Notes under the pieces: generated by a model
What the model was told of the DNA's origin: nothing
What the model saw: only the letters and a program-made list of their open reading frames with translations
Databases searched by the model: none
Made by a program: the position numbers and the translations under genes
Part shown: piece by piece, positions 1 through 12,000 of the stretch
Numbering within the stretch: position 1 is the first letter of the stretch
How the letters are laid out: every line of letters begins with the position of its first letter
Source: Tubulanus polymorphus
Taxonomy: Eukaryota; Animalia; Nemertea
Length of the DNA stretch: 64,000 nt
Assembly (NCBI RefSeq): GCF_964204645.1
Contig: NC_134034.1
Location: 12,846,962 to 12,910,961 of the forward strand
Reading direction: 5' to 3'

Positions 1-3000
1 CATTTACCATATTCTATAAAAGACATCTCAAAGCCACCTTGTTCGGTGACTATTACGATAATGGCCGAGTGGGTTAAGCCGCCGGTCACTGGTCTCGTCA
101 ATCCAGGGTTTATGGGTTCAAATCCTGGTGGCGACACGAGTTTCTTGGTCAAATGGTTCTTCTCTGGTCTCTCCCCCATTGGGAAAAAGAAACATCGAAC
201 CCGCTGTGTGGCGCTAAGCGGGTTGAGGGTGTTAAAAAAAAAACAATTTCGATAATCAAGATCTCAGAGGGGCGCGTTTGAACTTTGAATCAGGATGTTT
301 GCGCTGTACAAGAACTATTTGTAATTATCATTATCATCTTCCATATTTGGTGCCTTATTCAATGAGATTTTGTTGAAACCGATCGGATAAAACATTGATA
401 TATAATAAAATTTTGGCTCGATTGAAAAGAGCTGATCTATGGTGGTTAAAATGATTGCTGAAATCTAATTGTAGATTGTTAAAACGGTTGAGATTTTCGA
501 GAACTTACTCGAGGAATTAAATCAGCGGAATGAAGAGTTCCGACCGAATGACGACGAGTTCTACGATGAGTTATCGAGTTCGTCCGCCGCTGCTGCGCGT
601 CCGACTCGTAAAGTCGCGACGACGTGGAATTTAGAGCTCGTACACTGTTACAAATATACTCCAACTGTTCGGCAAATACCGACAATATTCCTACGGACAA
701 ACAAACAGTGAATCAGAGAAATAGTAGTAAAATTCTGACACTGCCTCAAACGAGTGGTTACTAGTGAGTGAGGCAGAGTCTCTGGTGAATCAGTGTAGCT
801 CACAATATCCTTGAAAAAACGATAACAGTAAAATCCCACAATAAATGAATTAATGATATCAGAAACACCCATCTTCAATCAAAAATGACTTGCCAAAAAA
901 AAATGGAAAATTTCTTTTTTTTGGCAAGTCACTTTTAACTGAAGAAGTTTGGTAGTAACCATCCTAAATATAAACTTTTCGTTAAATCATTTATTGAGGG
1001 ATTTTACTATTAGAATCTATGGTTATCATAATTTCAGTTTTGTCAAACTAAAGAATGAACTGTGTATGCGATATAGATGATGATAGCTGCATGGTTCATC
1101 TCTAAAATGAACCCTGATAGATGCATGGTTCACCGCTATTGATAGATACCTGGTTCGATGGATTGAACCTCATCGAATAGAACCCAGCTGCCGGCTTGTA
1201 GAATACCGCGTGTATACCTCAGTAACTGTGGTAAATCGAGACTCTGTGAACAGCTAACTGTCACTAAATGTCGTCCTAACATCTAAAATCAATAATCAAC
1301 TAAAACTTTTACTATCTTTGAAAATCGAATGTAAAAATAAAATTCTTTTGAAATTCTGGACTCGGTTTCATAGATGTGGAAGAAAAATAGTTCTTAGGAA
1401 CATTTTGAAATTCGTCAGTTATAACCATGGTTTCTCATTGTTACTACGGTGGTTGTCACCCAGATTTAGGAGTTACCCCTAGGGATAACTTAGATATTAG
1501 TCTATGAAACCGGGCCCCGGTCTGTGAATATTAAATAGGTTTAGATTTAAGTCTGGCTTTAGGGTCGATTTTGTACCTGCGCTAGGTTTTGAATCGTGTC
1601 CGTTTTACCAGTTGCCGAGCGACCGGTCAATGAGCCGCATTGTACGACTTGTAGCGACATCATCAGCGTCAAATACGCGCGATCGGTGAGAGGCGTAAAC
1701 ACTAAATCATGGTGCGGACTGTAATACTCGTAATCGTACGGGACTGCGTAACCGAGTTGGCGTACAACGCACGAACCAAACTCGTACGTCTGCTTGGTCG
1801 TCGCGGTTACCTTTGTCGTCTGTAACCGAGGAGCTCGTTCTGAAATAGAATTAAAAATCATTAGAAATTATTTACGGATCGAGTGCACATCCATTGTACC
1901 CACTTGTAGAGGGCAGCACCAGTGTATTGCACCACTAGGTGGCAGCACCAGTGTAAGTACCTCTAGTAGAATTACGTCTGATCTGTTTACGCTGCGTCTG
2001 CTGCTGCTCGATCTCGCTCTCAGTTAAATCACGCTCACTCGCCACTGCCTGCACCGTCTCCGAGATCGTCACCTCGTGTTTCAATGTTTTCATCCACTCG
2101 AATTTCAAATCGGATGGAAAATCAACACGATCCAACAAACCTGAAAATATACACAACAAATCATCAGATCATCGAGCATCTGCCTCCATGAATCCCCCTA
2201 TGACGACATCATCTGATCATCGAGCGTCTGCCTCAATGAATCCCCCTATGACATCATCAGTGGATCATCGAGCGTCTGCCTTCATGAATCCCCCTATTAC
2301 ATCATCAGTGGATCATCGAGCGTCTGCCTCCATGAATCCCCCTATGACATCATCATCAGATCATCGAGCGTCTGCCTCCATGAATCCCCCTACGACATTA
2401 TCAGTGGATCATCGAGTGTCTGCCTCCATGAATCCCCCTATGACATCATACTGTGAATATTTACCGTTAATTAGATCTCGTTGATGAATTGATTGATTTA
2501 TTAAATTCGTTAAAACGATGTTCAATCTTTGTCGCGTTTCCGAATTCGAACCCGTATCGAAATTCTCTTTCAGCGCCTCCGAATATTGATCGATTCTCAT
2601 CGCGATATTCGACCTGTAATATATTCAAAATTCAAATATAACCGCCGCACCGGTATAAAACGGTCAAACATGTAGTAACTAAAAACCGACCTGACGCTTT
2701 CGAGTTTCGAGAATTTGTGTTCGTCGAGAATTTTCGCGACCGTTCGATTGAACAACACCGAATCGGCAACAATGACGCACTGAACCGGAAACCGTAGCAA
2801 CCAGTGTTCGAACGTATGATGTATTTGTTGCTTAAGACGTTCGGTCTCGTCGGCAGAATCGAGATTCTCTTCGAGTTGTTTTAATTCACCGAGCAGTTGT
2901 AAAGCTTCACTACTCTTCGTACCTTAAATATACAACACAACTTTTAGAAACTAACAGAATATTACATCCTCTTTTGGTGTGTCATCAATTTACAGCATGC

Positions 3001-6000
3001 AGCCTATCCTCCCTACAGCCTGCAGCCTGTACCCTCTACAGCCTGCAGCCTGTACCCTCTACAGCCTGCAGCCTGTACCCTCTACAGCCTGCAGCCTGTA
3101 CCCTCTACAGCCTGGAGCCTGTACCTCTACAGCCTGCAGCCTGTACCCTCTACAGCCTGCAGCCTGTACTCTCTACAGCATGCAGTCTGTACCCTCTACA
3201 GCCTGCAGTCTGTACCCTCTACAGCCTGCAGTCTGTACCCTCTACAGCCTGCAGCCTGTACCCCCTACAGCCTGGAGCCTGTACACTCTACAGCCTGGAA
3301 CCTGTACCCCCTACAGCCTGCAGCCTCTACAGCCTGCAGCCTGTACCCCCTACAGCCTGGAGCCTCTACAGCCTGCAGCCTGTACACTCTACAGCCTGGA
3401 GCCTGTACCCTCTACAGCCTGCAGCCTGTACCCTCTACAGCCTGCAGCCTGTACCCCCTACAGCCTGGAGCCTGTACACTCTACAAACTGGAGCCTGTAC
3501 TCTCTACAGCCTGGAGCCTGTACCCCCTACAGCCTGGAGCCTGTACCCCCCACAGCCTGGAGCCTGGAGCCTGTACCCCCCACAGCCTGGAGCCTGTACC
3601 CCCTACAGCCTGGAGCCTCTACAGCCTGCAGCCTGTACCCTCTACAGCCTGCAGCCTGTACCCTCTACAGCCTGCAGCCTGTACCCTCTACAGCCTGCAG
3701 CCTGTACCCCCTACAGACATTGTGTGAAGTGTGGATGATCAGTTATGAGCTGATAAAATATCTAGAGATTGTAGTTCATATTCAAAGTGAAGTTCTGAAC
3801 ACAAGAGGGTAAAGTGAGGCCGGGGCCAGCAGCCAGTATCTGTGGTTCTGCACTCAAACTTACAAATGAATATGTATTACACCTTACCTTCCTCGAGTCG
3901 TGCTTGCAAGCAATGTTGTAAAACTGAAGCTAAAGTAGATTTCATATTGAATTCTAGGTCGTTCATCCACTGCGTAAGTCGAGGGGTCGGTTGAACCGCG
4001 TTCGTTAACGGAACTTTCTCGCCGTAATTTCCTTCGATTTCAGTCGCTAACAGTTTATGAGCTGAAATCATCAATATCATTATATCAATATCGATAGGCG
4101 GCCAAGGAGGTTCTGGTTGGATAATATAAGAGTGCCACATGGTTAAAAGTTGAGGGTCGCCCCTATAATGGCAGCGGGAGAAGATGATGATGATGATGAT
4201 GATGATGATATCAACATCCAACAGCAGCAGCAGGTTTACAGTTCAACAACTGGGCTAGCTTAAATGTGGACTCTCTTCCCAATTCAACAGTTGTGGATTA
4301 GACACAGCCATTTCTATGTGGTGAATAGGAATGTAAGAGTTTTAGGGGCAGCAGACGCTGAAAAATGTGTTTGGTTAAAGTTAATCAGTTAAAATGGATG
4401 ACAATTGAAATGGCATTCTCAGTACAGTGTTTGTTCACCAACTGTACAAAGGACTTTACCAGTGTTCATGATGAACTTATGTGACTAGGGAGCAAGGGGT
4501 TTCAAGCCTGGATCCAGGAAGAACTCATGGGACTGAATCCAAGAAGAACTCATGGGACTGGATCTAGGTAGAACTCATGGGACTGGATTCAGGAAGGACT
4601 CATGGGACTGGATCTAGGAAGAACTCGTGGGACTGGATCTAGGTAGAACTCATGGGACTGGATTCAGGAAGAACTCATGGGACTGGATTCAGGAAGGACT
4701 CATGGGACTGGATTAAGGAAGAACTCATGGGACTGGATCCAAGAAGAACTCATGGGACTGGATCCAGGAAGAACTCATGGGACTGGATCCAGGAAGAACT
4801 TACCATTGATAGCATAATCAAGTGAACTGTTGACATTGTGCAGTTTAGACGGAGGAAGTTTAAACGTCAAGTTGTGAATTCCCGGGAACAGTTTCCGTAC
4901 GTACGGAATCAACGAGTCCGGATTACGTGAAATACTCATAACATCGATCAGTTCGCCGTCGCTGAGGAAATAAAATCTCGGGAATTCCCGCCTCAATCGG
5001 GCGTACACCGAGTCGAGATCTTTCAGAATCATCTCCTGTCACAAACAAACAAACATACCGGTATAACTTATTATAATTGCGAGAAAAATATTTTTTTTAG
5101 AACCCGCAATCATGAGGATAAACTAAGAGAGTAATGACATTTAAACTCAATTCTTTTTCAAAACTAAGAAAGTAGTGAAGTTTAGACTCAATTCTATGAG
5201 ACATTTTCAAAACTAAGAGAGTAGTGACGTTTAGACTCAATTCTATGAGCCATTTTCAAAAACTAAGAGAGTAGTGACGTTTAGACTCAATTCTATGAGC
5301 TATTTTCAAAATTAAGAGAGTAGTGACGTTTAGACTCAATTCTATGAGACATTTTCAAAACTAAGAGAGAAGTTACGTTTAGACTCAATTCTATGAGCCA
5401 TTTTCAAAATTTGAGTCATGTCACAACTCTCTTAGTTTTTCTCCAATGGGTTTTTTCTTCACGCAGACAGTTTGCATTAGTTAAAGCAGGTTGTATATTT
5501 ACCTCAGCTATAAGCAGTTGTTGTAGAGTGACCCTGGCGTGTTCTCCTTGCATCGGACGGATCGCGGTCACCGGCAGACGTCTCTTCGTACCGAAACTCG
5601 TCAACGACAAAATGGTCGCATCGCAAACAACCGAATCCATAAAATCCTAAACAGATTATTAATCAATTCTGAATTTATTCAAGTAAGATTTTGGAAGATT
5701 ACATGAATTCCCTTCACGAAAATATGTTACATTACTGTCTAAATAAACTCATTAACATATGCAAACTCAAATAAACTCATTAACATATGCAAACTCAAAT
5801 AAACTCATTAACATATGCAAATATACTCATTGATATATGCAAATTCATAAAAACTCACCAAAAATGTTTTATTCACGTCCTCAAATTTCGAACTCAATTC
5901 TCCGAGGGAACAGTAAACTTCGGGTACTTCAAATACTTTCAATAGGTATAACCACTGGAAATAGAGGCAATACAGGGTAGATCTCAACCTGACCGACTAA

Positions 6001-9000
6001 CTGTACAGGTATCCACAGTATGGGTTTCGGGTGTGGCTCAGTTCATAGAGCACTCGGGTCATATAGTTTCATGAAAATACCCGGGTAATTAAGTTTAAAA
6101 TAGCCTAGTTTGAAATCTAGAAATTTCTGTACCTTTTTCTGACATGTATTCCACAAATTGATCAGTTCTTCGAGTTCCTTCAGCGAGGTCGACCAGAATT
6201 CAGCTTGGACGCGATGATCTCCGAGATACGGTGATACTAACATACTCTCTATACAAACTCTACTCTCCTTAAAACATATAAAATCCACATTCATCAGACA
6301 CCAGAAATCAACTAAGTTAAATGTAAATCTGGAACTGTGGAACAGGATCCTGAATTGTGGCACTGAGTTCTGGACTGTGGAACTGGGTCCTGGACTGTGG
6401 AACTGGGTCCTGGACTGTGGTACTGAGCCCAGAATTGTGGAACTGAGTCCTGGACTGTGGAACTGAGTCCTGGACTGTGGAACTGAGTCCTGGACTGTGG
6501 TACTGAGTCCTGGACTGTGGAAGTGACTCCAGTCACTGAAGAGCTGGGTCCTGAACTGTGGAAATGGATCCTAAACTGTGGAACAGGATCCTGAATTGTG
6601 GAACTGAGTCCTGGACTGTGGAAATGGATCCTAAACTGTGGAACTGGGTTCTGAAATGTGGAGCTGTTTTGGGTATTACAAATTACCTGTAGTTGATATT
6701 TCAGTTGTTCTATATTAGTCAGTATATATAGTCTGTTCTGATCGATGTAAAGTTGTTTAACGGGAGACGCCGCTCTGGAGCTGTTGTCTCGAGCTGTTCG
6801 TAATTTTTCGACCTTCGTCATTTTGTGTTTTGCGGGAGTCGAATTCACTTCTATAGATAAAAATAAATCCAACGACGATCAATAAATCAGGACCAGTGAA
6901 ATGATTATCGGTTGAGTTTGACATGTAGCGATCTAATCGATATTCCATTAAATGGTTCTAAGATTCAACTTACCGAGAGCGGTACTGAGTACATTTCATA
7001 TTCCATTAAACGGTTCTAAGATTCAACTTACCAAGTACCGGTACTGAGTACATTTCATTTTACTCAAATGATTCCATAAGAGTAAAATGAAATATGTACT
7101 CAGTATTATACAATGCGACAAGTTGATAGTTATGCGTTTAAGCAGCAGAAATGGATTCTGATTCCACATTAGTTAAGGGAAAGGCCACCGAATGAAGTTC
7201 TGCGACCTAGGGGCTGCAGTTGCTCAAAAGATGGTTAAAGATAACCGGTTGATAAATAACATATAGTAACAATGAACTTTTAATAGTCACTATAACTATC
7301 CACTGGTTAACTTTTGAGGAACTGCAGCCCCTGGATTTAAACTCCCTAGGGCCCGGTTTTACAGACTGGTATTACCTTTAACTTGGGGGCTAACCCCAGG
7401 GTTAAAGGTAAAACAAGTCAATAAAACCGGGTCCTGAACTGTGGATCGTAGCAGACTCTTACCTTCCCCCTTGGCGAACACACTGTCTAGAATATGCTTC
7501 GCCAGTTTGAACTCTTTTCCTTCCCACAGTTTTTTCAGTTTGCAGATTTTCATTTCGAGTTCGTACTCGGCGAGCGCCGCCTGGTACACGGTGTTTATAG
7601 ACTGACTGTGTTCGACGATGTTTAACGACAACAGTTCGTTAACGGTGAACTGAACCGACGCGTCGTACTGTTCACCCATACCGACAAATATCTGTCTCCA
7701 ATGTCGTTCCTATCACAAATAAAATATGTAGAGAATCTCACGATATTCACGAAAATGATTCCATGAGCTTATGTTGTTTAGAAGTCGTGACTTCCGCACA
7801 AATACGGTCCCGGGCCCAGTTTCATGAAAAAGTGTATGCCTAAAACGGTTAAGTTTGAATTGTTGTCCTCATTGAAAACGTGAAGTAACCAACAGCAATT
7901 AAACCATAGATTTGAGTTTAACTTTTTTGTGAAACTGGACCCTGGGCCAGTTGCACAGTCGTGACTTAAGTCCAAAAGTGGTCTTAAATCTTGAGACTGG
8001 TCCGAAGTTGTTAGATTGGTTATAGAACTAAGTTGGTCTTAGACTGGTCTCAAGTCTCAGGCCATGACTATGCAACCGACCCCAGGATCTGATGACTGGA
8101 CTTGTATTAGATTGGTTTCAGAACCCAACAGATTAGTCTTATATTGTAGAATAGCCACAATCTGCGTGGAGAGTAGAATGTAAAAACCTGGTGCCGGTTG
8201 CACAGTCCTGACCGGTTGCATAGTCATGGCTTAGCCTTAAGACCAGTCTAAGACCAATCTAGTTCTATAGCCAATCTAACAACTTAAGACAAATCTAAAG
8301 GTTTAAGACCCCCTTTGGACTGAAGTCACAACTGTGCAACTGTTTAACTGCCCCATGAATTTAAAACCAATTTCGTATTACAAATTGGTTTTTAAATAAT
8401 TTAAATTTGTACATAGTGGGTTTTAAACTTTTAGTTTTTTAGATTGGTTGTAGAACTTAAGACAGACTTGGTCTTAAACAGTTATAATTTGCTATAGAGC
8501 CGAAATGGTCTAGTCTAAGACTGGTCTAAAATAGTTAGATTTGCTATAGAGCCGAAATGGTCTAGTCTAAGACTGGTCTAAAATAGTTAGATTTGCTATA
8601 GAGCCGAAATGGTCTAGTCTAAGACTGGTCTAAAATAGTTAGATTTGCTATAGAGCCGAAATGGTCTAGTCTAAGACTGGTCTAAAATAGTTAGATTTGC
8701 TATAGAGCCGAAATGGTCTAGTCTAAGACTGGTCTAAAATAGTTAGATTTGCTATAGAGCCGAAATGGTCTAGTCTAAGACTGGTCTAAAATAGTTAGAT
8801 TTGCTATAGAGCCGAAATGGTCTAGTCTAAGACTGGTCTAAAGTAGTTAGATTTGCTATAGAGCCGAAATGGTCTAGTCTAAGAATGGTCTAAAATAGTT
8901 AGATTTGCTATAGAGCTGAAATGGTCTAGTCTAAGACTGGTCTAAAATAGTTAGATTTGCTATAGAGCCGAAATGGTCTAGTCTAAGACTGGTCTAAAAT

Positions 9001-12000
9001 AGTTAGATTTGCTATAGAGCTGAAATGGTCTAGTCTAAGACTGGTCTAAAATTGTTAGATTTGCTATAGAGCCGAAATGGTCTAGTCTAAGACTGGTCTA
9101 AAATAGTTAGATTTGCTATAGAGCCAAACTAAGATTAGAATATGGATTTCATACATACCTTCAGCGTTTGACTGCTCAGTTTATTCAGTATAGGCAGATA
9201 GGATTTAAACTCCTGTAGGTTTCTATAGAACTGTATAAGCACTTGATCGTCTAACGGAACGTGTCTCTTCATCTGGACAGCGATTCCCTGCCATTCGTGA
9301 ATCTTCTCCAAAATCTTCTTCACGTTCAACTGAAAATAGAAACACAAATATGTTTCTCACGTTGTTTCATTGTTTGTGAGGAGGGGATGATGGGTTGGTT
9401 CGGGGTCCAGTTTCATGAAAAGTTTGAACTCAAAATTTCTGATTAATCACTTAATTCACATTGTCAATGAGGACAAATTAACTTATACGAAGCCGAACTA
9501 AGCTTAAACTTTTTCATTGTGAAACCGGACCGCGAGTCCAGATTAAGTTTTGAGTTGGGATTTGATTCACTGAAAATGAAATGATTTTAACCTAGAGTTA
9601 ACTCTAACTCACAAGACTGTGGAACTGGATCCTGAGTTCAGAGTTTAACTCTAATTCACAGCTGTGGAACTGGATCCTGAGTTCAGAGTTAACTCTAATT
9701 CACAAGACTGTGGAACTGAATCCTGTGTTCAGAGTTAACTCTAATTCACAACTGTGGAACTGGATCCTGAGTTCAGAGTTAACTCTAATTCACAAGACTG
9801 TGGAACTGAATCCTGAGTTCAGAGTTTAACTCTAATTCACAGCTGTAAAAGATTTAACTCAGCATTAACTCATTGAAAGTTAACTACCTCTAACTCACAG
9901 AGTTAACTCAGGAGACTGAAGAACTGGATCCAGTTCCACAGTAGTGAGTTAGAGTTAACTCTGAGTTAAAATTAGTTCATGAGTTCATTGAGCTAACCCA
10001 GAGTCAAATCTTAACTCACAACTGTGGAACTGGACCCTGAAAGTGAGATATACCTTTCTGAACAGCATATTCCTCCAGTCTTGTATCGTACTGATCGATG
10101 TATCCAGATACTTCCACAATTCGTGGCGAATTTCCATTTTCGCTTGAAGATCTTTCAGATATTCCAAATCACACGATTCCCCTGCGAAAAATACAAATTC
10201 TCGTTTAACCCAAAACAAGTATCGTACGAAATATCACATCACATTTTGATATATCTGAGAATGTATTGTAATGTAATTTATTTCATCATCAATTATAATT
10301 ACAAATAAAATCTATAACAAATAAGTAGCTTGATGATGAGGAACAGAGCCTTAAAGGCTGTACAATCACTAGGACGTTCAGGCCCCTAGAGAAAAATAAC
10401 AGAAGAAGATTGATGGTAATGATAATAATAGTAATGCTAATAATAATAATGCTAATAATTATTATATTATTATTATTATATTAATAATAATAACAAGAAT
10501 AATAATTATTATTATATTATTATTATATTAACAATAATAATAATAATAATGATATTAATGCTAATAATCATAATGACAATAATTATGATAATAATCATAA
10601 TGACAATAATCTGATGAATATCTGATGAATATCTGGTATTGTATCTGTACCTGTGATAGTTTTCTTCCAATCGCTGACTTCGTGAAGTTTATCCCTGATT
10701 TTGATAAACTGCGCGAAAAGTTGCCGCAAGTCGGTAAGAATTTCGTAACAATTCGACGACGGATTCAGGTATTTTCCGGACGTCGCCTCGGTTACCAGAC
10801 GATTAGCCTCGTCCTCGAGCTTCTACAAAAATATCCCCGCAAAAAAATTGACGTTTATTTTAAGAACTTACGAAACAAAAAAAATAGCGATGAAAATGTG
10901 ACGCCGGTTTATCATCAAAAACAACCCAGTTGACAGACGTGAATCAACCTGATATCTCGAATTGGAGCAGTTTTCACCAAAAATGACACAAAAAAGTGTT
11001 AGTTTTTTTCAATAGAAAATGAACTAGAAATTATCATAATTTTCAGAGTATTTCGATATTTTTGATAGTAATTGAGCTCTCAAAAAGAGTAGAAATTACG
11101 CTCAAATAGAAGTCATTGAGTCAAGTCTGAGTTGGGTTTGGAGTTAAATCGATTCGATCAAATTTAACTCCTGACAGCGAAAATGGATTGAATATCTTAA
11201 TCACGTTGCCTTCAAATAAAAGGTAAATATGTTACAAAGTTTCACGCTGAACGACAGTTACATACATTACATCATTTAGAACTAAAGTGCGCGCATCTAT
11301 AGACCGTTCCTGACTAGATACCACGCTTCACATCGGCCCCCCTCCCCCAGGACTCTTCATCAGAATCTTTAACTATCTGCATTGTATTGTCCCAGGGTTG
11401 CAAACCTCTGAAAAGTGCTATCAGTAACAAATGGAAATTTTTCAATAAGCATTTCATGGAAATATGAAAGAATATATCTAGATTAATCAGTAATCAACAG
11501 TTAGACCCTCAGTAACATCTTTCATATGTCTGTATGCATCAAACAAATCAAATCAGTATTTTCTATTATAAAATAGTAACAAATACTGAAAATCAAGAAC
11601 AGTTGGCAGCAGCTTTGCTTGCGTTGTTCATTGCATTATCGGAATTTGGGGAAGGAAACACAATATGTACATTTCATTTATGTTTTCAAAAATTGCCCTC
11701 AGAATTAATCATTCCTGTACCGGATCTGATCAGAAACCCTTGTAGACAATGATAGCGGGATAGTCACCACACCTGACTGGTCACCAGTCACTACACCTGA
11801 CAGGTCACCGGTCACTACACATGACTGGTCACCAGTCACCACACCTGACTGGTCACCACTACTAACTGGGTTACCACACTGACCAGTCAAACTTTCACAC
11901 TCACTCAGTCACCAAGAGCTCAGTGGTCTAGTGGGTAGGACTGAGGGCTGGCAAGTTAGAGACCCAGGTTCAAATCCCACATTGGCTAGGGTTACAGTTA

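Noticed and set aside
55-140. Functional tRNA gene (also about 11915-11990 and 25755-25825)
   Set aside because: A and B boxes are present, but I could not close the acceptor and anticodon stems; they are embedded in repeats.
2974-3812. Long ORFs of 254 and 277 aa
   Set aside because: They are translations of a 23-bp minisatellite inside a dynein intron; the open frames arise from a stop-free unit.
8481-9125. CRISPR-like regular arrays (also 46496-47280 and 48508-48919)
   Set aside because: No unique spacers, no cas genes, eukaryotic intronic context.
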